A stretch of DNA of 26,148 nucleotides from Thermoproteus sp. (lineage in GTDB: Archaea; Thermoproteota; Thermoprotei; Thermoproteales; Thermoproteaceae). The DNA is taken from NCBI GenBank assembly GCA_049976425.1, contig JBMFIG010000019.1:1-26148 (forward strand), read 5' to 3'. The position numbers and the translations under genes are program-made. Shown one piece after another: positions 1 to 8,897 of the stretch (its first letter is position 1; every line of letters starts with the position of its first letter). The notes below the pieces were generated by a model that had not been told where the DNA came from, did not search any database, and saw only the letters and a list, made by a program, of their open reading frames with translations.

Positions 1-251
1 GGGAGGAGGAGTTCGTCCCCGAGAAGATAGTGGTCAGCGTGTTGAAGACCGGCGCGCCTCTGGACGTGGCCAGGAGGATAGCCAGGAAGGTGGAATGCGC
101 GGTTTCCGACAGCGAGACGGTCACGGCCAAGGACATAGCCAAGATGATCTTGACAGAGCTCAAGAAGGCCAACGAGGAGTGGTACCGCAACTGGATTATC
201 TTCGACAAGGCCGTAAAACGCAGGCATACCGATAAAGAACTACAAGTATAA
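1..251 (+). CDS. Small stand-alone ATP-cone domain protein, 5' end outside the window
   Basis: Frame is open from position 3: EEEFVPEKIVVSVLKTGAPLDVARRIARKVE...TVTAKDIAKMILTEL. This matches the ATP-cone pattern (EEFxxEKI...A..IA..V...T.EI...V...L). Stop TAA at 249-251. Confidence 0.75.
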   Translation, partial: EEEFVPEKIVVSVLKTGAPLDVARRIARKVECAVSDSETVTAKDIAKMILTELKKANEEWYRNWIIFDKAVKRRHTDKELQV

Positions 252-269
252 CCTTTAAGTATAACCTTT
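244..269 (+). repeat. 13-bp perfect tandem duplication (AAGTATAACCTTT x2) over the stop codon, followed by a T-run (possible terminator)
   Basis: Read directly: 244-256 and 257-269 are identical, and the T-tract continues to 272. Confidence 0.85.
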
Positions 270-420
270 TTCGATTATACGGGCTCGTCTTCCGCGCGGC
301 GGGGGATCGCGGATTTCGCAACAGGCCGGGTGGAGAGCTAGCCGATCTGGCCATACCACGCGGCGGGGCCGGCTCCCGGCAGGCGGCGGGGGAGGGCGTC
401 CCTGCGGCGCGGTTTAACGG

Positions 421-428
421 TTTTAAAG
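421..428 (+). promoter_or_regulatory. Putative TATA box of the MNT-HEPN pair
   Basis: TTTTAAAG in a GC-rich context about 25 bp upstream of GTG 447. Confidence 0.55.
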
Positions 429-446
429 TGCCTCGGCCCTCTCTAC

Positions 447-818
447 GTGTCGCTTGCGGAGTTTCCCTGGCGCGATTTCGACGTGGAGTTCGCCGTGCTT
501 TTCGGATCTAGGTCCGGCGGCAGGCGGATCAAGGGCGACTGGGATGTGGCGGTCTGGCTTAACGACGTGGGGAAATACGCCGACCTCCTCGCGGCTTTGG
601 CCAAATTCCTCGGCGTGCGGGAGGAGGACGTGGATCTGGTGGCGCTCAACCACAGACTTCCTTGTAGCCTTATTGTGGAGATACTCCGCAGAAGGCCTAT
701 ATACGTCAGGGATTGGGAGAGGTATCTCGATATAAGGTTCAGGCTACAGAACCCTTGTGTGGACTTCCTCATAGGGGCGGCGAGGCTGGGCCTCGAGGAT
801 CCGCTATGGCCGTCGTGA
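447..818 (+). CDS. Minimal nucleotidyltransferase (MNT/MntA-type antitoxin)
   Basis: LFGSRSGG...GDWDVAV and VDLV motifs (GS...DxD plus a third Asp). 123 aa; overlaps the downstream HEPN gene. Confidence 0.85.
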   Translation: MSLAEFPWRDFDVEFAVLFGSRSGGRRIKGDWDVAVWLNDVGKYADLLAALAKFLGVREEDVDLVALNHRLPCSLIVEILRRRPIYVRDWERYLDIRFRLQNPCVDFLIGAARLGLEDPLWPS

Positions 819-1207
819 GCAGGCTCTTGAGGATAGTGGAGGAGCGGGCGGCTTTGCTCGACCGCATAGGGCCGGAGGAGCTGGGGGACTTCAAGGCCTA
901 CTTCTCCGCCGTGTACCTCCTTCAGACGCAGGCCCAGGCGTTGATAGATATGGCGCAGAGAGCCGCCGCGCTGAAGGGGCTGGAGGTCGGCGGCTATGTC
1001 GACGCCGGGGAGAAACTGCGCCTTCTAGGCGTGATAGACGACGAGGATCTCAAGCTCTACAAGGCCCTCATGGCCTTCAGGGATATAGCGGTGCGCCAGC
1101 ACGCCGCGGTGGATATAGAGACTGTGAGGAAGGTGGTGGCCGGCCGGGAGTACAGAAAAATGGTGGACCTCGCGAGGAAGATCGCTAGGGCGGCGGTGGA
1201 CCCCTGA
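806..1207 (+). CDS. HEPN / DUF86 family protein (HepT-type toxin) with a divergent active-site motif
   Basis: True start probably ATG 806 (MAVVSRLL...), 133 aa. YLLQTQAQALIDMA and FRDIAVRQHAAVD resemble DUF86 LQ..IQA.ID.A and FRNxxVHxY..VD. Coupled to the MNT gene. Confidence 0.8.
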   Translation: MAVVSRLLRIVEERAALLDRIGPEELGDFKAYFSAVYLLQTQAQALIDMAQRAAALKGLEVGGYVDAGEKLRLLGVIDDEDLKLYKALMAFRDIAVRQHAAVDIETVRKVVAGREYRKMVDLARKIARAAVDP

Positions 1208-3844
1208 TCACCCCTGCAACAGCTTCTTGAGCACGTAGGGCAGTATACCGCCGTGTTTTATGTACTCCACCTCGGCCCAGGTGTATACGGCGGCTCTCGC
1301 CTTGACCTCGTCCACGCGTCCGTCCTTTCTGTGGATCCTCACGACCACCTCCTTGCCGGGCGCCAGATCCTTGAGGCCTATCACGTCTATGGTCTCGGAC
1401 CCGTCGAGCTTCAGCGAGTCGACCGTGACGCCTTGCGGGAGCTGTATCGGCACTATCCCCACCATGGTGAGGTTGGAGCGGTGTATCCTCTCGAAGCTCT
1501 CCGCTATCACCGCCTTTATGCCCAACAGCTTAGGCCCCTTGGCGGCCCAGTCCCTGCTGGAGCCCGCGCCGTAGGTCTTGCCGGCCAGTATCACCAGCGG
1601 CGTGCCCTCCTGCTTGTACCTCTCGGCGGCTTCGAAGACCGTCATCTTGACGCCCTCCGGGTACTTTATGGTGTAGCCGCCCTCGAGGCCTCCGCCAATC
1701 TTGTTGGTGTAGCCCTTGCTCCAGAAAGTGCCCCTCACCATCACCATCCAGTTGCCTCTCCTGGCGCCGAATGTGTTGAAGTCCTTAGGTTGCACCCCCA
1801 TCGACTCCAGGAACTTGCCGGCCGGGCTGTCCTTGGGGATCGAGCCCGCGGGCGATATGTGGTCGGTGGTTATGCTGTCGCCCAGTATCAAGAGAGGCCT
1901 GGCGTTGATTATGTCGCCGGAGATCGGCTTGCCCTCGAAGAGAGGCGACGGCTGTATGTAGGTGTCGTCGGGCCTCCACGGGTAGAGATCCCCTGAAGGC
2001 GCCTTGAGCTCGCCCCACTCGGGCACGAGCTCGCCGATCTTCGAGTACTTCTCCACGTACACCTTTGGGTCCATGGCCCTCGACACCGCCTCGTTGACCT
2101 CCTCCGGCGCGGGCCATATATCCTTCAGATAGACGGGCCTTCCGCCCTTCCCGTACCCGACAGGCTCCTTGGAGAGGTCCTTCCAGACGGAGCCCGCCAG
2201 CGCGTAGGCGACGACGAGCGGAGGCGAGGCTAGGTAGGCGGCCCTAATGTCGGGGTGTACCCTCCCCTCGAAGTTGCGGTTGCCCGAGAGGACCGCGGCC
2301 GCCATTATGTCGGCCTCCCTAATGGCCTTGGAGACGGGCTCGGGCAACGGGCCGGAGTTGCCTATACAGGTAGTGCAGCCGTACGCCACCACGTGGAAGC
2401 CCAGCTTCTCGAGGTACTGGAGCACCCCCGCCCTCCTCAAGATCTCATCGACGGCGCGGGAGCCCGGGGCGAAGCTCGTCTTGACGTAGGGAGGCACCTC
2501 GAGGCCCGCCTCGACGGCCTTTTTGGCCAGGAGGCCGGCCGCCACGAGCAGATAGGGGTTGGAGGTGTTGGTGCAGCTGGTAATGGCCGCTATGGCCACG
2601 TCGCCGTCGCCGAACTCCACCTTCCTCCCGCCTATCTCTATCTCCACCGCCTTCCTCTTCTCCCTCTTCTTCCTCTGGGCGAGGAACTCCACGAAGCTCT
2701 TCGGCACGTCGGCGAGGCCCCTCCTCTGCCACGGGAGGGTCGGCCCGGCCGCCGACGGCTCGACCGCCGATAGGTCGAAGTCCACGACCTGGCTGTACTC
2801 GGCCCCCTCCACCCCGCCGAAGACTCCCTGCTCCTCGTAGTACCTCTTCACCAAGGCCACGAGGTCCTCCGGCCTGCCCGTCGCCGCCAAGTAGTCCAGC
2901 GTGTTGCCGTCCACGGGGAACAAGCCCACCGTGGAGCCGTACTCGGGCGCCATATTCGCTATGGTGGCCCTATCGGGGACGGAGAGCTTGCGCACGCCCT
3001 CGCCGAAGAACTCCACGAAGGCGTCCACGACGTTCACCTTCCTCAAGGCCTCGGTCACCGCGAGCACTATGTCGGTGGCCGTCACGCCGGGCTTAGGCTC
3101 GCCGTACATCCTGACCCCGACGACTCTCGGCACCCTTATGGTTATCGGCTCTCCGAGCATGGCGGCCTCGGCCTCCACCCCGCCGACGCCCCAGCCCACG
3201 ACGCCGAGCCCGTTTATCATCGTGGTGTGGCTGTCCATCCCCACCAAGGTCTCGAAGAAGGCCGTGTCGCCCTCGGTCCAGACCACCTTGGCGAGGTACT
3301 CCAGATTCACCTGGTGGATTATGCCGGTGCCGGGCGGGAAGACGCGGAAGTTCTTAAAGGCGTTTTGGGCCCACTTGAGGAAGACATACCTCTCCCTATT
3401 CCTCTCTATCTCTAGGCGTATGTTCATTGAGAGGGCTTGTGGGGAGGCCCAGTAGTCCACCTGCACCGAGTGGTCTATGATCAAGTCGACGGGGACGCGG
3501 GGGTTGACGACCTTTGGGTCGGCCCCGGACTTGACGGCTATGTCCCTCATCGTGGCTAGGTCCACTACTGCCGGCACGCCGGTGTAGTCCTGCATCACGA
3601 CCCTCGTCACCTTCAACGCCACCTCGCCCTCGGGGTTCTTGGGATTCCAGCGGGCCAGCGCCTCGAGGTGTTCCTGCCCTATATCCCTCCCGTCGAAGTT
3701 GCGGAGCACGTTCTCCAAAAGGACCCTTATGCTGTACGGGAGCCTCTCGACGTCGTAGCCCTCGGCCTCCAGCGCTTTGACTCTATAGAACTTGTACGAC
3801 CTCGCGCCGACCGACAACTTGGCCTCGGCCTTTGTATAAGGCAT
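1208..3844 (-). CDS. acnA: Aconitate hydratase A
   Basis: RLPYSIRVLLEN, MQDYTGVPAVVDLA, IDHSVQVD, AITSCTNTSNP, CTTCIGNSG, TTDHISPAG, GSSRDWAAKG and SFERIHRSNL motifs; 878 aa. Confidence 0.98.
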   Translation of the reverse strand: MPYTKAEAKLSVGARSYKFYRVKALEAEGYDVERLPYSIRVLLENVLRNFDGRDIGQEHLEALARWNPKNPEGEVALKVTRVVMQDYTGVPAVVDLATMRDIAVKSGADPKVVNPRVPVDLIIDHSVQVDYWASPQALSMNIRLEIERNRERYVFLKWAQNAFKNFRVFPPGTGIIHQVNLEYLAKVVWTEGDTAFFETLVGMDSHTTMINGLGVVGWGVGGVEAEAAMLGEPITIRVPRVVGVRMYGEPKPGVTATDIVLAVTEALRKVNVVDAFVEFFGEGVRKLSVPDRATIANMAPEYGSTVGLFPVDGNTLDYLAATGRPEDLVALVKRYYEEQGVFGGVEGAEYSQVVDFDLSAVEPSAAGPTLPWQRRGLADVPKSFVEFLAQRKKREKRKAVEIEIGGRKVEFGDGDVAIAAITSCTNTSNPYLLVAAGLLAKKAVEAGLEVPPYVKTSFAPGSRAVDEILRRAGVLQYLEKLGFHVVAYGCTTCIGNSGPLPEPVSKAIREADIMAAAVLSGNRNFEGRVHPDIRAAYLASPPLVVAYALAGSVWKDLSKEPVGYGKGGRPVYLKDIWPAPEEVNEAVSRAMDPKVYVEKYSKIGELVPEWGELKAPSGDLYPWRPDDTYIQPSPLFEGKPISGDIINARPLLILGDSITTDHISPAGSIPKDSPAGKFLESMGVQPKDFNTFGARRGNWMVMVRGTFWSKGYTNKIGGGLEGGYTIKYPEGVKMTVFEAAERYKQEGTPLVILAGKTYGAGSSRDWAAKGPKLLGIKAVIAESFERIHRSNLTMVGIVPIQLPQGVTVDSLKLDGSETIDVIGLKDLAPGKEVVVRIHRKDGRVDEVKARAAVYTWAEVEYIKHGGILPYVLKKLLQG

Positions 3845-3860
3845 AGGTAGGCCCTAGGCC

Positions 3861-3936
3861 TATATTTTTAACTTATCTTTTCTCTACCCGCCCCAACTCT
3901 TTTCGACGGACTGCCGGCGTCCCACAGCTATATTTA
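3861..3936. promoter_or_regulatory. Divergent promoter region with TATA boxes for acnA (minus, ~3861-3871) and htrA (plus, ~3929-3936)
   Basis: AT-rich TTAAAAATATA (minus) and TATATTTA (plus), each about 25 bp from its start codon. Confidence 0.55.
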
Positions 3937-3953
3937 GGAGGCCGCGTCTCTCC

Positions 3954-4835
3954 ATGGACTTCTCAAGCCTTGTGGAGAAGGCGTCTAGGTCGGTGGTCGG
4001 GGTGGTCACCAAGGTGTCCGACGTCTGGGGCCTGGAGGAGGGGCGATCCTTCGGCACCGCCTTCTCGGCCGGCGGCGGCCTCTTCCTAACCGCCTTCCAC
4101 GTCGTGGCCGGGGCCGACTCGGTTCTGTTGGTGACGCCCGAGGGCGAGATCGCGGAGGCGCGCCCAATCGCCGGAGATCCCAACGACGATCTGGCCCTCC
4201 TGGCGTCCGACCTCTCGGTGCCGGCGATCCCTCTAGGCTCGGCCCTGAGGCTCAAGGTCGGCGAGCCGGTCCTCGCCCTGGGCTATCCTCTGGCCATGTT
4301 GGATAGGCCCACGGCGACGTTCGGGATAGTCAGCGCCGTCGGGCGGAGCTTGAACGTAGGCGATAGGGTCTTCGAGTTCTTGATACAGACAGACGCAGCT
4401 ATAAACCCCGGCAACTCGGGCGGCCCCCTGATAAACTCGGACGGGGAGGCCGTGGGCGTCAACTCGTCCATCATAGCGGGGGCGCAGGGCATAGGCTTCG
4501 CGGTCCCCATAGATCTGGCCAAGGTCATGATAGACATTGTGAAGAGGTACGGGCGGTACGTGAGGCCGGCGCTCGGCGTCTATGTGGCCGCGGTTAACAA
4601 GGCGATGGCGGCCGTCTACAAGTTGCCGACGGACAAAGGCCTCTTGGTGGCGGCGGTCCAGCCGGGCTCGTACGCCGACGAGGTTGGGCTGAGGCGCGGC
4701 GATATAATCGTCGCCGTCGACGGCAAGCCCGTGGAGAACGTGTTCCAGCTTAGGCTCGCAGTCTCCGAGGCCTTCGCGGAGGGCAGGACGCCGAGGCTGA
4801 GGATAATCAGAGGCGGGAAGCGCCTGGACCTCTAG
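3954..4835 (+). CDS. HtrA/DegP-family trypsin-like serine protease with one PDZ domain; no signal peptide
   Basis: Catalytic triad motifs TAFHVV, DLALL and IQTDAAINPGNSGGPL; C-terminal PDZ (RPALGV...GLRRGDIIVAVDG). Confidence 0.95.
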   Translation: MDFSSLVEKASRSVVGVVTKVSDVWGLEEGRSFGTAFSAGGGLFLTAFHVVAGADSVLLVTPEGEIAEARPIAGDPNDDLALLASDLSVPAIPLGSALRLKVGEPVLALGYPLAMLDRPTATFGIVSAVGRSLNVGDRVFEFLIQTDAAINPGNSGGPLINSDGEAVGVNSSIIAGAQGIGFAVPIDLAKVMIDIVKRYGRYVRPALGVYVAAVNKAMAAVYKLPTDKGLLVAAVQPGSYADEVGLRRGDIIVAVDGKPVENVFQLRLAVSEAFAEGRTPRLRIIRGGKRLDL

Positions 4836-4875
4836 GCGTCCTATCAAGCTTTTAACCTCGGCCTCCCATATACCT

Positions 4876-5652
4876 ATGTCTGTCTGCGACGTCTTCAAGG
4901 CGCTAGACCTAGCGGCTAGGCGGGGCGAGGCGGCGGTCGTGGTCAAGGTCTTCGACGGCAAGAGGGCGTACGTGGACGCCGTCGTCGACGGGAGGCCTCT
5001 CCTGGGCCTCGCGCCAGACGCGGTGGTGCAAGCCGTCAAGGGGCTGAGGCCGGGCGAGAGGGCCGAGCTGAGGATCGGCGAGATGTCGGTCTCGGCCGAG
5101 GCCTTGTTGGTCAGGCCGACGATAATAGTCGTGGGCTTCGGCGAGGTGGCGCGCCGCGTGTCGGAGGTAGCCGCCGTTGCCGGATATTACGTGGCCGCAG
5201 TGGGCCACGAGGCGAGGGGCGCCTTCTACAGAGGCGATCTGCACGACCTGGAGAAGCTGGTCTCGGAGGGCTCTATCGTCGTCGTGGCGAACGAGGGGGG
5301 CCATCCCAGCGACGTGGACGTGGTGGAGGCGGCCATCAGGCGGGGCGCGGGCTACGTGGCGCTTCTTGCCAGCCAGAGGAGGGCCGCCCTAGTCATCAAG
5401 GAGCTCGAGAGGAGGGGCCTCTCCGGAGAGTCCGTGAGGTCGAGGCTTAGGTCGCCCGCCGGCCTCGACATAGGGGCGAAGACGGCAGGCGAGATAGCGG
5501 TCAGCATATTGGCCGAGGTGGTGATGTACCTACGCGGAGGCACCGGGAGGCCCATGAGGGAGGTCAAGGACCCCTACAGAGTCGTGGAGGAGGTCGCGGG
5601 CGAGGACCTCTCGCGGTACAGATGCGAGTGGAGGCCTCCGCCGACAGCCTAG
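4876..5652 (+). CDS. XdhC/CoxI-family molybdenum cofactor insertion chaperone
   Basis: Rossmann-like VVGFGEVA, YVALLASQRR, and RLRSPAGLDIGAKTAGEIAVSILAEV (XdhC C-terminal signature). Confidence 0.9.
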   Translation: MSVCDVFKALDLAARRGEAAVVVKVFDGKRAYVDAVVDGRPLLGLAPDAVVQAVKGLRPGERAELRIGEMSVSAEALLVRPTIIVVGFGEVARRVSEVAAVAGYYVAAVGHEARGAFYRGDLHDLEKLVSEGSIVVVANEGGHPSDVDVVEAAIRRGAGYVALLASQRRAALVIKELERRGLSGESVRSRLRSPAGLDIGAKTAGEIAVSILAEVVMYLRGGTGRPMREVKDPYRVVEEVAGEDLSRYRCEWRPPPTA

Positions 5653-5882
5653 GCGAGCTCTATCGACGTAACAAGCCGGGCGCGTCGGCCTTGCGAGGCG
5701 GTCTGGCAAGCGCTGTCGCCTGGATGTCGCATATTTGATGAGGCCGGCAGTGTACGTCGGCTGTGATAGGCCTCTGTATCCGCCGCCTATATATGTCTGG
5801 GCCGCTGGCCGGGCATGGACCCGAGGCGCAACGTCTGGGTCAAGATAATTAGGGGAAAGGCCCAGAAAGACGTCGAGGAGGC

Positions 5883-6497
5883 CTAACGCCTTCCTATAGC
5901 TATCTCCAAGAGGGCTCTGTGAAACGCCGACGTGGTGAGCTCCGGGTGGAACGCCGTGGCCAACATATGGCTTTCCTGCGCGGCGGCTATGGTTCTGCCT
6001 ATCTTGGGATGCTCCACGTAGGCTAGAGGCTTGGCCGAGCCCCAAGCTCTCACTATGGCGGGAGCTCTGATGAACACGGCCTTCACGGCGCCGAACCCCT
6101 CAACGTCGAGATCCACCTCGTAGGAATCCTTCTGTCTGCCGAACGCGTTCCTTACTACAGCTATGTCCATGACGCCGAGGATGGGCTGGCCCGTCTCGCC
6201 GACGGCCGAATCCCTCACTTCCTTCGCCATGAATATAGCGCCGGCACAAGTGCCCAGGGTCGGGAGACCTTCCGCTACGGCCTCTCTCAATTTCTCAAGG
6301 AGACGCGTCCGCCTCGCCAATAGGCCTATTGCGGTCGACTCGCCGCCGGGTATGGCCAAAGCCTTTAGGCCGTCCAAGTGCTCCTCGGCCTTCACCCTAA
6401 CTATGTCAAGATCTATTTTCAGCTCTTCGGCGGCTTTTCTAAAAGCGTATTCGTGCTCCTCGACATCGCCTTGTAGCGAGAGTACGCCCACCTTCAT
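5883..6497 (-). CDS. pdxT: Pyridoxal 5'-phosphate synthase glutaminase subunit
   Basis: [35 protein letters not shown] and FHPEL motifs; ATGA overlap with pdxS. Confidence 0.97.
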   Translation of the reverse strand: MKVGVLSLQGDVEEHEYAFRKAAEELKIDLDIVRVKAEEHLDGLKALAIPGGESTAIGLLARRTRLLEKLREAVAEGLPTLGTCAGAIFMAKEVRDSAVGETGQPILGVMDIAVVRNAFGRQKDSYEVDLDVEGFGAVKAVFIRAPAIVRAWGSAKPLAYVEHPKIGRTIAAAQESHMLATAFHPELTTSAFHRALLEIAIGRR

Positions 6498-7519
6498 ACC
6501 CCCCTCGTCTGCAGGAGTTCTTCGGGCTTTAACGTCTTCACGTCTATGCCGATCATGGAGGCCCTTTCGTTCACCATCTTCTGCGCCTCGACTACGGCCT
6601 CGGGATCGTCCCAGCGAGCCGTAGCGAGCACTATGGCCTCGGCCCTCTCCTTGGGATCCTGGCTCTTAAATATGCCGGATCCAACGAAGACGCCGTCGGC
6701 CCCCAGCCACATCATTAGGGCAGCGTCTGCGGGCGTCGTTATGCCGCCGGCCGCGAAGGTTATCACCGGCAACCTCCCCATCTCCGCCGTCAACGCCGCA
6801 AGCTCTAGGGGCACTTGGCACTGCCTCGCGTAGTCCCTTAGCTTCTCCTCCTCTCCAGCCCTTCTGGCCGCGTACAGCTCGTTTATAGCTCTATAGAGCG
6901 CCTTGAAGTGCTTCACGGCCTCGGCGACGTTGCCCGTGCCGGCCTCGCCCTTGGATCTGATCATTGAGGCGCCTTCGGAGATCCTCCTCAACGCCTCGCA
7001 GAGCTCCCTACAGCCGTTGACGAAGGGGACGGAGAACATCCACTTGTTTATGTGATGTTGTTCGTCCACCGGGGTCAAGACCTCCGACTCGTCTATTAGA
7101 TCGACGCCTATCTGTTCCAGCAGAAACGCCTCGTAGTAATGGCCTATCCTCACCTTCGCAGATACCGGTATCGTGATGTGGGACATTACCTCCTCTACCA
7201 CCTTGAGGTCGGCCATTCTGGCGACGCCTCCGGCCTTCCTCACGTCGTACGGCAACTTGTCCAACACCATGACGCCGACGGCGCCGGCGTCCTCGGCTAT
7301 CTGGGCCTGCTCGACGTTGGTTACGTCCATTATTACGCCGTTCCTCAACATGGCGGGGAACCCTACCTTGACTTTGACCGTGCCGGCCCTCAGCCCGTCC
7401 GCGGAATAGGGCCTAGGCCATTGGAACCCCCTCTCCCTTAGCCTATCCCTCATCTCGGCCAGGCCGTAGAAGAAGTCCCTCAACCTCTCCAGGTACTCAA
7501 AACTAACAGCCACCGACAT
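6494..7519 (-). CDS. pdxS: Pyridoxal 5'-phosphate synthase lyase subunit with N-terminal extension
   Basis: [35 protein letters not shown] and [12 protein letters not shown] motifs. Confidence 0.97.
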   Translation of the reverse strand: MSVAVSFEYLERLRDFFYGLAEMRDRLRERGFQWPRPYSADGLRAGTVKVKVGFPAMLRNGVIMDVTNVEQAQIAEDAGAVGVMVLDKLPYDVRKAGGVARMADLKVVEEVMSHITIPVSAKVRIGHYYEAFLLEQIGVDLIDESEVLTPVDEQHHINKWMFSVPFVNGCRELCEALRRISEGASMIRSKGEAGTGNVAEAVKHFKALYRAINELYAARRAGEEEKLRDYARQCQVPLELAALTAEMGRLPVITFAAGGITTPADAALMMWLGADGVFVGSGIFKSQDPKERAEAIVLATARWDDPEAVVEAQKMVNERASMIGIDVKTLKPEELLQTRGV

Positions 7520-7580
7520 GTGTGCGGCCGAAGAAGCATCCTTTATGTCTTATGGAACGTTCAACATCTCGGCAATAATA

Positions 7581-7609
7581 TTTTAATATAGGCTAAATAA
7601 GTTACTTAT
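7581..7609 (+). promoter_or_regulatory. thiC promoter: TATA box (7581-7590) plus palindrome ATAAGT-T-ACTTAT (7597-7609) overlapping the start
   Basis: Read directly: perfect 6-1-6 inverted repeat between the TATA box and the ATG. Confidence 0.55.
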
Positions 7610-8896
7610 GGCAAAAACTATCGTCGAGGAGGCGAGGGAGGGGAGGATCCCCCAGGAGATCGGGCTAGCGGCGAGACGCGAGGGCGTAGACGAGAGGAAA
7701 TTGGCCCGGAGGCTCGCCGAGGGCAGAGCTGTGTTGATGAGGAATATCAAGACGCCGGAAAAGGTCGCGGCGGTGGGGGCCGGCTTGTCTACCAAGGTGA
7801 ATGTGAATCTGGGGACGTCCAGCGAAGTCGTGGATCTTAAGACAGAGCTCGAAAAAAGATAGCCAACAAATGGGGCGACACGCTTATGGATCTATCGGTG
7901 GGCGGCGACCTGGACGAGATAAGGAGGGCTGTGCTGGGCGAGAGCAGACTGCCTGTGGGGACCGTGCCGACATATCAAGCGTTTATAGATTCCTTCAAGA
8001 AGAAGGGCGGCGGCGCCTATTTCGACGAGGACGAGCTCTTCGACGTCGTGGAGAGACATCTTAAAGACGGCGTGGCCTTCATGACCATACACGCCGCGGT
8101 GACCAGGGATCTGGCGATCAAGGCCTTGAGAGGCGGGAGGATCATCCCCATAGTCTCGCGGGGAGGCGATATGATTATCGGCTGGATGTTGCATAACAAC
8201 AGGGAGAATCCGTTTTACGCAAGATGGGACTACGTCCTGGAGCTCTTCAGAGAATACGACGCCGTGATATCCATCGGCGATGCTCTAAGGCCCGGCGCCA
8301 CCGCCGACAGCCACGACGAGCTCCATATAGCCGAACTTTTGGAGACGGCCCGGCTGGTCAAGAGGGCCAGGAAGGCCGGCGTCCAGGTTATCGTGGAGGG
8401 GCCCGGCCACGTGCCCCTCGACGAAATAGTGTGGGACGTAAAGCTCATGAAGAGGCTCACAGACGGCGCCCCCTACTACGTGCTGGGCCCGTTGCCAACG
8501 GACGTGGCGGCCCCCTACGACCACATAGCCGGTGCTATCGGCGCCGCGCTGGCGGGGGCGGCCGGCGCGGATCTGTTATGCTACCTAACCCCGGCGGAGC
8601 ACCTGGGCCTCCCCACGCCTAAACAAGTGGAGGAGGGCGCCGTAGCGTTTAGGGTAGCCGCCCATGTGGCGGACATCGTGAAGCTGGGTAAGAGGGCTAG
8701 GGCGTGGGACGATGAAGTGAGCAGATACAGAGGGAGGCTCATGTGGAGGGAGATGATATCCAGACTAATAGATCCCGAGAGGGCTTGGTCTATCTACACG
8801 CAGTACGGCGAGCCGAAAGTGAGGGGGTGCACCATGTGCGGCGGGTACTGTCCTATGCTCATGGTCCTGCAACAAGCCAAGAAAATAACTGGCTGA
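7608..8896 (+). pseudogene. thiC: Phosphomethylpyrimidine synthase ThiC, split by one frameshift at an A6 tract (7852-7857); real lesion or sequencing error
   Basis: N-terminal part has TKVNVNLGTS...ELEK and stops at TAG 7860-7862. The -1 frame continues [14 protein letters not shown]...GTVP, TIHA, VSRGG, GDALRPG, EGPGH, YDHI, TPAEHL and CTMCGGYC. One extra A restores a 429-aa ThiC. Confidence 0.93.
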
Positions 8897-8897
8897 T

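Noticed and set aside
713-805. N-terminal extensions in the track ORFs for HEPN (also thrB 20405-20524, encapsulin 21514-21591, small membrane protein 17746-17814)
   Set aside because: They overlap neighbouring genes or promoters. Downstream ATGs fit the family N-termini, TATA spacing or ATGA coupling.
1253-3850. Many long antisense and off-frame ORFs over acnA (likewise over the SPFH gene, thrB, queC and the GT)
   Set aside because: Shadow ORFs expected from high third-position GC; no recognisable motifs.
5653-5882. Possible C/D-box sRNA (TGATGA near 5735) or short ORF remnant in the xdhC-pdxT gap
   Set aside because: No correctly spaced CTGA D box; the short ORF MDPRRNVW... has no recognisable family.
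7520-7607. TPP riboswitch upstream of thiC
   Set aside because: No conserved aptamer motif seen, and TATA spacing implies a leaderless transcript.
7851-7862. Canonical programmed -1 ribosomal frameshift in thiC
   Set aside because: A_AAA_AAG is not phased with the upstream frame, and no clear stimulatory stem is evident.
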